A model generated the notes under the pieces. That model searched no databases, had not been told where the DNA came from, and saw only the letters and a program-made list of their open reading frames with translations. A stretch of DNA of 64,000 nt from Xanthobacteraceae bacterium (lineage in GTDB: Bacteria > Pseudomonadota > Alphaproteobacteria > Rhizobiales > Xanthobacteraceae), in contig JARLIY010000171.1 in the NCBI GenBank assembly GCA_031291475.1, forward strand, positions 120,920-184,919, given 5' to 3'. Both the position numbers and the translations under genes were made by a program. Shown in pieces: positions 36,940-46,084 of this stretch. How positions within the stretch are numbered: position 1 is the stretch's first letter; every line of letters begins with the position of its first letter.

Positions 36940-38667
36940 CTAATGTATCTCCGGCTCGGGGATGGGCGCCGTGCCTTCGAGGAAATCGAAGTCGCAGCCC
37001 TCATCGGCCTGGCCGATATGCTGTGAATACATGGCGCCGTAACCGCGCGCGTAACGCGGCGGCGGCGATTTCCAGGCGGCGCGGCGGCGCGCCAGTTCGT
37101 CGTCGCCGACATGCAGATGGATGCGGCGGGCGGCGACGTCGATCTCGATCTCGTCGCCGGTCTGCACCAAAGCCAGCGGCCCGCCGACAAAGCTTTCCGG
37201 CGCCACATGCAGAATGCAGGCGCCGTAGCTCGTACCGCTCATGCGCGCGTCGGAGATGCGCACCATGTCGCGCACGCCTGATTTGAGAAGTTTTTTCGGG
37301 ATCGGCAGCTGGCCCCATTCCGGCATGCCGGGGCCGCCCTTGGGGCCGGCGTTTTTGAGCACCAGTACATGGTCGGGCGTGACGTCGAGGTCGTCACGCT
37401 CGACTTCGCGCGCCATGTGCTCGTAATTCTCGAAGGCGATCGCCTTGCCGCGGTGCTTGAGGAAGCGCTTGTCGGCCGCGGCCGGCTTCATCACGCAGCC
37501 GCGCGGGGCGAGATTGCCGGTGAGCACCGCGGTCGCGCCCTCGGCGTAAAGCGGCGCCGACAGCGGACGGATCACCTCGGGGAGATACACCGTGGCGCCG
37601 GCGAGGGCGTCGCCGAGCGGCCGCCCGGTGACGGTGAGGCAGGACAGATCGAGCAATTCGGCCATCTCGCCCATCAGCGCGCGTAGGCCGCCGGCATAGA
37701 AGAAATCCTCCATCAGGTATTTGCCCGACGGCGTGATGTTGGCGATCACCGGCACCGTTCGCGAAATTTCGTCGAAGCGGGCCATGTCGAGGGCGATGCC
37801 GGCGCGGCGCGCCATGGCGATGACGTGGATGATGGCATTGGTCGAGCCGCCGAGCGCCATATGCACGCGGATGGCATTGTCGAAGGCGGCGGGGTTGAGA
37901 ATCTTTTCCGGCGTCAGGTCTTCCCACACCATGTCGACGATGCGGCGACCGGCGGCGGCGCACATGCGCGGATGATTGGCGTCGACCGCCGGGATCGACG
38001 AGGCGCCGGGCAGCGCGAGGCCCAGGGCTTCGGCGATCGCCATCATGGTCGCCGCGGTGCCCATCACCATGCAGGTGCCGAACGAGCGGGCGATGCCGCC
38101 CTCGATCTCGTTCCACTCGCGCTCGCCGATCCGGCCGGCGCGTTTCTCGTCCCAGTATTTCCAGGCGTCGGAGCCGGAGCCGAGCGTGGCGCCGCGCCAG
38201 TTGCCGCGCAGCATCGGCCCGGCCGGCACGTAGATCGCCGGCAGCCCCATGGAGATCGCGCCCATGATCAAACCGGGCGTGGTCTTGTCGCAGCCGCCCA
38301 TAAGCACGGCGCCGTCGATCGGATGGCTGCGCAGGATCTCCTCGCATTCCATGGCGAGGAAATTGCGGTAGAGCATGGTCGAGGGTTTGACGAAGGGCTC
38401 CGCCAGCGACATCGCCGGCAACTCGATGGGAAAGCCGCCGGCTTCCCAGACGCCGCGTTTGACGTCTTCGGCCCGCGCGCGTAGATGGCCGTGGCAGGCG
38501 TTGATGTCGCTCCAGGTGTTGAGAATGCCGATCACCGGCTTGCCGACCCAGTCGGCGCGATCATAGCCCATCTGCTGCAAGCGCGAGCGGTGGCCGAAGG
38601 CGCGCAGATTGTCGGGCCCGAGCCAGCGGTAGCTGCGCAAGGTCTCGGGCGATTTTTTCGCTGTCAT
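36940..38667 (-). CDS. IlvD/Edd-family dehydratase (dihydroxy-acid or sugar-acid dehydratase)
   Basis: GILNTWSDINACHGHL, MGGCDKTTPG, and SDARMSGTSYG. Start at ATG 38667; the track N-terminal extension is unsupported. Confidence 0.88.
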   Translation of the reverse strand: MTAKKSPETLRSYRWLGPDNLRAFGHRSRLQQMGYDRADWVGKPVIGILNTWSDINACHGHLRARAEDVKRGVWEAGGFPIELPAMSLAEPFVKPSTMLYRNFLAMECEEILRSHPIDGAVLMGGCDKTTPGLIMGAISMGLPAIYVPAGPMLRGNWRGATLGSGSDAWKYWDEKRAGRIGEREWNEIEGGIARSFGTCMVMGTAATMMAIAEALGLALPGASSIPAVDANHPRMCAAAGRRIVDMVWEDLTPEKILNPAAFDNAIRVHMALGGSTNAIIHVIAMARRAGIALDMARFDEISRTVPVIANITPSGKYLMEDFFYAGGLRALMGEMAELLDLSCLTVTGRPLGDALAGATVYLPEVIRPLSAPLYAEGATAVLTGNLAPRGCVMKPAAADKRFLKHRGKAIAFENYEHMAREVERDDLDVTPDHVLVLKNAGPKGGPGMPEWGQLPIPKKLLKSGVRDMVRISDARMSGTSYGACILHVAPESFVGGPLALVQTGDEIEIDVAARRIHLHVGDDELARRRAAWKSPPPRYARGYGAMYSQHIGQADEGCDFDFLEGTAPIPEPEIH

Positions 38668-38780
38668 GCGCGAAGCGTCAGCGGGCCGGCACCGCGGCGA
38701 CGCCCGCAACCAAAATAGGAGAGGACGTTGCGCGCGGTGGTCAGCATGGGATCGGCTCCCCGTCGTTGCTCCCGGCGATT

Positions 38781-39425
38781 TTAGAACTTGACCATGTCGA
38801 TCGTGGTCAGCGTGATGTGCGGCGGAATCACCGGCGCGTTGGTGAGCTGCCACACCGCGTATTGTTCGAAATATGTGTTCGGAGCCGACAATCCGTCCGC
38901 CGGAACGATGACCTCGAAGCCGATTTGCGCCGCGTGGCTGGCCGTATTCATAACGGCGCCGACGGCGGAGGTGCCGACGGCGATGACCGTCTTGATGCCC
39001 TTATCCTTGAGGATTTTTTCCAGGTCGCTGTTGAGGAACTTGTCGATGAACGATTGCACAAAAGGCTCGCTGCCGGTCGCGGCCAGGTCGGGCACAACTT
39101 CGGTGATGGGGACCTTGGGAATGCTGGTGTAGACCACCATCGTGCCGCTCTTGCGCGCCCCCTCGAGCAGCTTTTTGACTTGCGGCACCGAGGCGACGCA
39201 GCGCGGATAATGCCCGCAGATTGGGTTGACGAAATCGAGCATCAGGAGCGCCGTGGTCTTGGGATCGACCGTCACTTCTTTCACCGGCGGTGGCGCCGGC
39301 GGCGCTTTCACGCCGGCCCATTCGTCGAGAATCGAAGCGGCATGGAGCGGCAATGCGCCCCAGGATGCGCCTAAGCCGATGACGGCGGCGAGCGCCAATG
39401 CCAGGAGCCATTTCTCACGTTGCAT
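38781..39425 (-). CDS. Secreted isochorismatase-family (cysteine hydrolase) protein
   Basis: Signal peptide, TALLMLDF, and AVGTSAVGAVMNTA blocks. Confidence 0.65.
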   Translation of the reverse strand: MQREKWLLALALAAVIGLGASWGALPLHAASILDEWAGVKAPPAPPPVKEVTVDPKTTALLMLDFVNPICGHYPRCVASVPQVKKLLEGARKSGTMVVYTSIPKVPITEVVPDLAATGSEPFVQSFIDKFLNSDLEKILKDKGIKTVIAVGTSAVGAVMNTASHAAQIGFEVIVPADGLSAPNTYFEQYAVWQLTNAPVIPPHITLTTIDMVKF

Positions 39426-39647
39426 AACTTCCTCCCCGGTTGTGCCCGTATTTCCTTTGGATCGGCGATGTCGGGCGATTGCTGCAAGAGCTTAAAGGCT
39501 AGGCTGTTATTCCAGCCTTTTCCAGCGACGCACGCAATTGCCAATTTTGGCCCTGCCGCTTTCCCGACGCATGGGCGACCTTACCGGACAAAGCAAATTG
39601 TTCTCGCGGCGCGATCCGCGCCCGAGTTTTGCAACGGCGGTAGCCCG

Positions 39648-39995
39648 GTGATCGATCTCGCCGCCATCACGTATTCCGCCGGCCCGATGGGCAGCAGCTA
39701 TTCTGGCACCGCGACCAGCGGCGTGCTCAAGATTACGAGCGGCGCCACGACGGTCGCCAGCATCGCCTTCATCGGCAATTACAGCGCGACCGACTTTCAT
39801 CTTGCCTCGGGCGCCGGCGGCAGCGGCACCACCATCACCGATCCGTCGGGGGGTGCAGTCCACAATGCAAATATCGGGCTGCTCGGCAGTTACATGGCCG
39901 GCAGCTTCGCCACCGCCGCCGGCGGCCAGGGCGGCGGCCTCTTTGGCGAGGAGCCGCAGACGCGGCAGCCGCTGCTGACCCCGCACGGCTCGTGA
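39648..39995 (+). pseudogene. Orphan C-terminal fragment of a large repeat/adhesin-like secreted protein
   Basis: Gly/Ser/Thr-rich ...IAFIGNYSATDFHLASGAGGSGTTITDP...NIGLLGSYMAGSFATAAGG...QPLLTPHG resembles C-termini of giant proteins in related genomes (recollection only). No matching upstream body. Confidence 0.3.
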
Positions 39996-40017
39996 CCGCG
40001 CGGCGCTGAGAACGCGC

Positions 40018-41730
40018 TCAGCCGCGCGCGGCGGCGGCCGCCGCCTGTGGCGCGGTGGCTTGGCGCTTGGCCATTTCCTCGGCCACCAGTTCCTTCTTCG
40101 ATAATTTCCCGACCGGCGTTTTCGGCAGGCTCGAGCGGATTTCCATCTCCGTCGGCATCTCGTATTTGGCGAGCTTGTCGGCGAGGAAGGCTTTCAGCTC
40201 GTCGATGCCGAACGGCGCCTGTCCGGCCTTGAGCGCGATAAACGCCTTGGCGGACTGGCCGCGATAGGAATCGGGAATGCCGATGACGGTGACCTCGGCG
40301 ACGCCCGGATGCTCGTATATCGCTTCCTCGATGTTGCGCGGAAAGACGTTGAAGCCGCCGGACAGGATCATGTCCTTCTTGCGGTCGACAAGGGTGACGA
40401 AGCCCTCCTGGTCGAGAAAGCCGATGTCGCCGGTATGAAAACGGCCGCCGCGAAACGCTTCCGCGGTCGCTTCCGGCTTATTCCAGTAACCCTTCATCAC
40501 CTGCGGGCCGGTGAAGCAGATTTCGCCCCGCTCGCCGACCGGCAGCACCCTGGTGCCGGTTTCGAGATCGACGACTTCCAGAAGCGTATGCGGCGCCGGC
40601 AGGCCGACGGTGCCTTGCCGCGCCGGCAGGTCCTTGCACTGCATCGTGCCGAGCGGCGCCGTTTCGGTCAGGCCGTAGCCTTCGCGCGGCGAGTGGCCGG
40701 TCAGCGCTTCGAAGCGTTGCAGCACGTCCATCGGCAATGGCGCGCCGCCGGACACCCACATCGTCACCGAGGAGAGATCGAACTCCTTCACCTTCGGATG
40801 ATTGACCAAAGCCGTGTACATGGTCGGCACCGCCGGAACGACGGTGATCTTCTTACGGGCGATGTCGGCGAGCACCCGGTCCGGATCGAAGCGGATGTGC
40901 ATCACCATCTGTGAACCGGTGGCAATCCCGACCACCATGAGAAAGGTCAGGCCGAAGATGTGGAACAGCGGCAAGATCGCGAGCGCCTTGCGCGCTTCCT
41001 CGTCCGCCCCGATCCCGTTCCAGTGCACGTAGATATCGAGCACGGCGCAGAAGTTGGCGTGGGTGAGCATCGCGCCTTTGGGCGCCCCGGTGGTGCCGCC
41101 GGTATATTGCAGCACCGCCACCTCGTGCGCGAGCGGACCGTGCGGATGGCGCGTGAACGCGCCGTCATTGGCGATCAGCGCCGAGAAATCGATTTCGCGG
41201 CCGGCGCCGCCGACGCGCTCCGCAGCCGGTCCGAACGCCGCCGCCGCGATCGGGGCGGGGAGGAAGTCGGCGATGCTGCACACCACGAGCGTGTCGAATT
41301 TGCTGGTGCCCTTGAGCGCGGCGATCTGCGGATAGAGCATCGGCAGGCCAAGCGCGATCATGACTTTCGTCTCGGCGTCCTCGATCTGATATTTGAGCTC
41401 GCGCGGCGCCAGCAGCGGGCTGAAATTGACGACACGGCCGCCGGCCATCAGCACGGCGAAGAAGGCGATAACGAAATGCGGTGTGTTCGGCAGATGCAAA
41501 CCCACATGCACGCCGGGACCGACGCCGAGCGCCTGTAAACCCTTGGCGGCGCGGCAAGCGAGATCGTGCAGCTCGCGGAAGGTGAAGGTGCGGTCGTAGA
41601 AGTCGATGGCAACGCGATCCGGCCACCGGGCCGCGGCTTTTTCCAGGAGGCTTTCCAGCGCCACCGGCGGCGGCAGGGCGACGTCCCAGGACACGCCGGG
41701 CTCGTAAGATTTCTCCCAAATGTGGGCCAT
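40018..41730 (-). CDS. AMP-dependent acyl-CoA synthetase/ligase (long-chain fatty acid-CoA ligase-like)
   Basis: AMP-binding motif LQYTGGTTGAPKGAMLTH, GYGLTET, and TGDIG...DRKKDMI. Start at ATG 41730 follows GGGAGGA. Confidence 0.9.
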   Translation of the reverse strand: MAHIWEKSYEPGVSWDVALPPPVALESLLEKAAARWPDRVAIDFYDRTFTFRELHDLACRAAKGLQALGVGPGVHVGLHLPNTPHFVIAFFAVLMAGGRVVNFSPLLAPRELKYQIEDAETKVMIALGLPMLYPQIAALKGTSKFDTLVVCSIADFLPAPIAAAAFGPAAERVGGAGREIDFSALIANDGAFTRHPHGPLAHEVAVLQYTGGTTGAPKGAMLTHANFCAVLDIYVHWNGIGADEEARKALAILPLFHIFGLTFLMVVGIATGSQMVMHIRFDPDRVLADIARKKITVVPAVPTMYTALVNHPKVKEFDLSSVTMWVSGGAPLPMDVLQRFEALTGHSPREGYGLTETAPLGTMQCKDLPARQGTVGLPAPHTLLEVVDLETGTRVLPVGERGEICFTGPQVMKGYWNKPEATAEAFRGGRFHTGDIGFLDQEGFVTLVDRKKDMILSGGFNVFPRNIEEAIYEHPGVAEVTVIGIPDSYRGQSAKAFIALKAGQAPFGIDELKAFLADKLAKYEMPTEMEIRSSLPKTPVGKLSKKELVAEEMAKRQATAPQAAAAAARG

Positions 41731-41840
41731 TCCCTGGTCCTCCCTCGTCGGGCGTCTGCCGCGCGCGGCGACGCCCGTTGTTGTTGTTCGCCGCCAGATT
41801 AGCGGGCGGTGCGGGCAAGGTCGATGGGTCACTCCATTTC

Positions 41841-41960
41841 GTCATTGCCGGGCAAAAGGCGCGAAGCGCCGTCTTCGCGCCTGACGACCCGGCAATCCGT
41901 TCGGCGTCGCCCAATTTGGAATGAGGCAGCATGGACCCGCGGGTCAAGCCCGCGGGTGAC
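41841..41960. repeat. GC-rich palindromic intergenic element (gtcattgccgggc...gacccggcaatcc arm plus acccgcggg-tcaa-gcccgcgggt hairpin)
   Basis: Inverted termini 41841-41898 and a 9-bp stem at 41934-41960. This is a variant of family A. Confidence 0.65.
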
Positions 41961-41986
41961 GGCGTGATTTACCCGGCCGTCAAATT

Positions 41987-43213
41987 TCAGAACTTCTTCA
42001 AATTCGCTTTCTGCTTGGCATTCCGCGGCAGCAGCTTGAACAAGCGCGCGGCGGTGCCGCCGAGAATATTGTGCTTCGCTTTCTCCGACAAAAACGGCAG
42101 GTCCCAGATCGTCGCCGGCAGGTCGAAATCCCAGTGCGGATAATCGGATGAATAGACGAGCTGCGTCTCCGCATTGATCATGCGGAACGTCGTCTCCATC
42201 GCGTTGTAGTCCTGAATCTCCATCGGCTGCGACGAGTAATACATGTCGCGCATGTAGTCCGACGGCTTCTTCTTGAGCAGCGGACATTCCGACGGCCGCA
42301 ACATGTATTCGTGGTCGAGCCGCTGCATCAGGAACGCCACCCAGGCGAGCCCCGATTCCATCCAAATCACCGGCAGCTTGGGAAAGCGCTCGCCGATGCC
42401 GTTGATCACCCAATTGGTGCAGTTGACGATGTTGTACCAGGTGAAGCCGAGCGCGTGCACGGAGATGAAGCGGTTGCAGCTCTTGAATGCCGTGTCGCTC
42501 CAATTGACGCCCGAATGAAAGGCGATGGCGAGCCCGCGTTCCTCCATCGCCCGGTAGACTTTCATGTAGGCGTTGTCGTGCACGCCCATATTGGAGCGCA
42601 CGGTTGTGATCATGAAGCCGCCGACATGCTTGCGATCGCCGAAGGTCTCGACGTGGCGCAACGCTGCCTCGGGATCGGCGAACGGCAGGCAAAGGAGGGA
42701 GAAGAAACGGCCGCCGGCCTCGGGCAGCACCTTCTCGGTGAGCCAGCGGTTATAAGCCCAGCATAGATCGACTTCCATTTCGGTCTGCGGATGCAGCCCG
42801 ATATTGAGCATGCCGGTGGGGAACAGGCAGGAATAATCGACGCCCATCGCATCCATCCAGCGATGGCCGAGCTGGACGTCGCGAAGCTTGCCGTCGTCGG
42901 TCTTCTCGCTCGAGCGCAGCGGATAGCGCGTCACCCGGCCGCCCATGTCCTGGTAGCCGGTCGGGATCGGCACCAGGCCCGGCCGTTGCCGCGTGCCGCG
43001 GCCGACCATGGTGAGCTGGCGCAGCACGTCGTTTTCCATGAACGGCAGGAATTCGTCGTAATGCTCGTTCTCGTAGTGATGGGCGTCGACGTCGACGATG
43101 AGGATGTCGTCGAAGCCGCGCTTGTGCGCCTGCTTGCGCGCGTGCGCCAACAGCCGCGTGGTATTGAGTTCCTCGATGGTGACGCGGCGGCTGCGATCGG
43201 CGATCAGGTCCAT
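41987..43213 (-). CDS. Amidohydrolase-2 family protein (ACMSD/LigW-like metal-dependent hydrolase/decarboxylase fold)
   Basis: IVDVDAHHYE metal-binding start and C-terminal YSSDYPHWDFD...NILGGTAARLF. Confidence 0.75.
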   Translation of the reverse strand: MDLIADRSRRVTIEELNTTRLLAHARKQAHKRGFDDILIVDVDAHHYENEHYDEFLPFMENDVLRQLTMVGRGTRQRPGLVPIPTGYQDMGGRVTRYPLRSSEKTDDGKLRDVQLGHRWMDAMGVDYSCLFPTGMLNIGLHPQTEMEVDLCWAYNRWLTEKVLPEAGGRFFSLLCLPFADPEAALRHVETFGDRKHVGGFMITTVRSNMGVHDNAYMKVYRAMEERGLAIAFHSGVNWSDTAFKSCNRFISVHALGFTWYNIVNCTNWVINGIGERFPKLPVIWMESGLAWVAFLMQRLDHEYMLRPSECPLLKKKPSDYMRDMYYSSQPMEIQDYNAMETTFRMINAETQLVYSSDYPHWDFDLPATIWDLPFLSEKAKHNILGGTAARLFKLLPRNAKQKANLKKF

Positions 43214-43231
43214 TTCATTTCTCTCCCGCCA

Positions 43232-43582
43232 TCATCGTCCCGTCCAGCCTTGCCACAGACCGAGCTCAAAGGCGGCGAGGTCGGCTGAGCGCAGCAACGC
43301 GCTTGCCGTCACCATCACGTCGGTGGCGGAAACCGCGTTCTTCGGCACCGGCGCGATCTCCTCGCCGGCTTCGCGCCGCGCCGTATAGAGCCGGCAGCCG
43401 GCCGCGATCAGCGCCTGCAGCGCTTCGGCGCTGAGCACGTCGAGTTGTCCGTCGGCAATGCCGCGCGCGATGGCCGCGGCCACAAGCTTTGCCTCCGCCG
43501 AGGCGCGCTTGGCGCTTTGCTTCAGCGGCTCGGCCGGGCGCGGCCGACGGGCGGGTTTGGCGGCGCGCTTAGGCGAGGACAT
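43232..43582 (-). CDS. Hypothetical protein (116 aa) between the Rieske and amidohydrolase genes
   Basis: The ATG ORF overlaps the Rieske stop by 14 nt and ends 18 nt before the amidohydrolase start. Lys/Arg-rich N-terminus followed by a helical region. Confidence 0.5.
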   Translation of the reverse strand: MSSPKRAAKPARRPRPAEPLKQSAKRASAEAKLVAAAIARGIADGQLDVLSAEALQALIAAGCRLYTARREAGEEIAPVPKNAVSATDVMVTASALLRSADLAAFELGLWQGWTGR

Positions 43583-43946
43583 AGACCTCGTCTCCCTTTT
43601 GCACCACCGGATATTTTTTCAGCTTCATGCGCCGGTCGGACACGCATTCGCCGGTCTTCATGTCGTATTCCATACCGTGCCACGGGCAGACGAAATGCAT
43701 CTCGCTCTCGGAGAAGTAGAGGCCCATGGAGGTCTTGTCCGGCCGCAGCCGCTCCTCGACCTTGGCGATGGTGAGTCCCTCGCAGGCCGGCCCGCCCTGA
43801 TGCAGGCAGAAATTGGAGTAGGCGTAGAACGCGCCCTCGTGGCGGAACACGCCGATCTCGTTGTCGCCGACGAAGACGATGCGGCGCTCGCCGTTCTTAA
43901 ATTCGTTGAGCCTGGCGACGAATTTCTCGGGCATTACTTGGTCCAC
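43569..43946 (-). CDS. Small Rieske [2Fe-2S] domain protein
   Basis: CLHQGGP ... CPWHGMEYD ligand boxes; 125 aa with no oxygenase catalytic domain. The start could be ATG 43934. Confidence 0.8.
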   Translation of the reverse strand: MDQVMPEKFVARLNEFKNGERRIVFVGDNEIGVFRHEGAFYAYSNFCLHQGGPACEGLTIAKVEERLRPDKTSMGLYFSESEMHFVCPWHGMEYDMKTGECVSDRRMKLKKYPVVQKGDEVYVLA

Positions 43947-43957
43947 TATCTCGGCCG

Positions 43958-44015
43958 CTCGTCCCCGCGGAAGCGGGGACCCAGAGCCGGATTCCCGCTT
44001 ACGCGAGAATGAGCG
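43958..44015. repeat. Family-B REP element (gtccccgcg..gcggggac + attcccgc..gcgagaat hairpins)
   Basis: Inverted-orientation copy of 52797-52864. Confidence 0.75.
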
Positions 44016-44045
44016 GAATCTATCACAGGCCGCAATGCGCGCGAA

Positions 44046-44987
44046 CTACACGATCTTATTACTGAACTCGCCGATTCCCTCGATCCAGATTTTCACCACG
44101 TCGCCCGATTTGAGGAACTCGCCGCTTTCGCCGCCGGTGCCCGCCGGCGTGCCGGTGAGGATGAGGTCGCCGGGATGCAGCGTCATGTTGATCGAGAGTT
44201 GCGCGATCTGTTCGGCGAGCGTGAACAGCATCTTGTCGGTGTTGGAATCCTGCTTCAGTGTACCGTTGACCCAAAGCTTGAGCCTGAGCTTCTGCGGATC
44301 GGCGATGTCGCTCGCCGGCACGATCCAGGGACCCAGCGGACACGAGCCGTCGAAGCTCTTGTGCTTGGTCCAGTCCATCTTGAAGAACGAGGTCGCGTCG
44401 ATCCCGGGGCGGCGGCCGCGGTCGCGCGCCGATAGATCATTGGCGGCGGTGTAGCCGGCGACGTGATCAAGCGCCCTCTCGACCGGTACGTCCTTCGCCG
44501 GCCGGCCGATAACGGCGGCAAGCTCGATCTCCCAGTCCAGCTCTTTGGCGTAGTGGGTGGCTTTGATCGCCGCGCCCGGAGCGGCGAGCGTGCGCGCGGC
44601 TTTGATGAAATGCCAGGGCTTCAGACCCTGTTCGTGCGGGTCGGCCGGCACCGGCATGCCCTGCTTCTTCGCCATCGCTGCGGCATGGTCGGCGTAATTG
44701 GCGCCGGCGCAAAAGATGGTCGGCGGATTCGGCAGTGGCGCGAGCAATTTGGTCTTGGTGAGTTTCTGCCGCGCGACGCGGCTTTTGCCGGCTCGGGCGG
44801 CGGCCTTTTTCAGCGCGCTTTCGGCGTGCTTCCAGTCGGCAAGGATGCCGATGACGCTGGCATAGGCCGGCTTGCCGGTGAGCTTTGCGGCGTCGAACAC
44901 CTCTTCGCCGACGACGATGCCCGCGCGCGGGCTTTGTTTGGTCTGATAGGTCGCGAGCTTGTAACCGGCCCGCTTATTCCCGGCCAT
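44046..44987 (-). CDS. FAH-family hydrolase (fumarylpyruvate/acylpyruvate hydrolase-like)
   Basis: IFCAGANYADH, LDWEIELAAVIG, and LHPGDLILTGTPAGTG. Confidence 0.8.
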   Translation of the reverse strand: MAGNKRAGYKLATYQTKQSPRAGIVVGEEVFDAAKLTGKPAYASVIGILADWKHAESALKKAAARAGKSRVARQKLTKTKLLAPLPNPPTIFCAGANYADHAAAMAKKQGMPVPADPHEQGLKPWHFIKAARTLAAPGAAIKATHYAKELDWEIELAAVIGRPAKDVPVERALDHVAGYTAANDLSARDRGRRPGIDATSFFKMDWTKHKSFDGSCPLGPWIVPASDIADPQKLRLKLWVNGTLKQDSNTDKMLFTLAEQIAQLSINMTLHPGDLILTGTPAGTGGESGEFLKSGDVVKIWIEGIGEFSNKIV

Positions 44988-45153
44988 GTGCGTGTACTCC
45001 CTGGTAAGCTTCGGCGGCGACCAAACCCCGATCCCGCGTCATTGGCAAGGCCGACCAGCATGCTCGGCTTAACCGGTGCTGCCTTGAGTTGAACCGGTTG
45101 CGGTGATTGATTGTCACTCGTGGCCATAGAACAAGCGACCGGTCGGGAGAAAC

Positions 45154-46050
45154 ATGATGATCAAGCTCAGACGCATCGGGCACGCCACATTCGAGACGCC
45201 CGATCTGCAACGGATGATCGACTATTACACGCAGGTCATGGGCTTGGTCCTCGCCGAGCGGGAGAAGGACCGCGCGTTTCTCGCCACCGCGATCGGCCAG
45301 CTCGCCGTCGAGCTCAATAAAGGCGACGCGGAGCGTTGCGCCGTGCTGTCATTCGAAGTCGCGCCCGATTCCGACTTCGGCGCGCTGGCGCGCGAACTCG
45401 ATAAGGACGGTGTCAAGAGCGAGCTGCGCAACGACTGCGTCCCCGGCATGGGACCCGCACTGACGTTTCGCGACAACAAGGGCACCGGCATCGCGCTGTT
45501 CAAGCAATGGAGCTATCTCGGCAGGCACTTGGCACACCACGGCGTCGGGCCGCTCAAGCTCGGCCACGTCGCCTGGGTGGTGGACGATCCGCAAAAGGCC
45601 GCGGATTTCTACGCCAAGGTTCTCGGCTTCAAGGTTTCCGACTGGATCGACGACTGGTTCGTTTTCATGCGCTGCAACGCCGACCATCACACCGTGAATT
45701 TCGTCCGCGGCGCCCATACCAAGATGCATCACATAGCCTTCGAGCTGAAGGATTTCATCCATATGCAGAATGCCTGCGACCTGTTCGGGCAGCGGAACAT
45801 TCCGATCCTTTGGGGGCCGGTGTGGCATGGGCCCGGACACAACATCGCCATTTATCACCGCAATCCCGACGATCAGATGATCGAATTCTTCTGCGATCTC
45901 GATCGGATGCTCGATGAGGAGCTCGGCTATTTCGAGCCGCGGCCCTGGCATCGGGATCTGCCGCAGCGGCCGAAGACCTGGCAAAGCGGCGACAGCTCCA
46001 ATATCTGGGGCCCGCCGCCGCTGCCGGACTTTCACCGCGCGCTGGGTTGA
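45154..46050 (+). CDS. Two-domain VOC-type extradiol ring-cleavage dioxygenase
   Basis: LRRIGHATFETPD (domain 1), LKLGHVAWVV..., HHTVNF, and MHHIAFEL metal-ligand contexts. Confidence 0.8.
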   Translation: MMIKLRRIGHATFETPDLQRMIDYYTQVMGLVLAEREKDRAFLATAIGQLAVELNKGDAERCAVLSFEVAPDSDFGALARELDKDGVKSELRNDCVPGMGPALTFRDNKGTGIALFKQWSYLGRHLAHHGVGPLKLGHVAWVVDDPQKAADFYAKVLGFKVSDWIDDWFVFMRCNADHHTVNFVRGAHTKMHHIAFELKDFIHMQNACDLFGQRNIPILWGPVWHGPGHNIAIYHRNPDDQMIEFFCDLDRMLDEELGYFEPRPWHRDLPQRPKTWQSGDSSNIWGPPPLPDFHRALG

Positions 46051-46059
46051 TTTTGTTCC

Positions 46060-46076
46060 TCCCCGCCAAGCGGGGA
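46060..46076. terminator. Hairpin between convergent dioxygenase and monooxygenase genes
   Basis: tccccgc-caa-gcgggga, a 7-bp stem in a 34-nt gap. Confidence 0.4.
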
Positions 46077-46084
46077 AGCATCAC

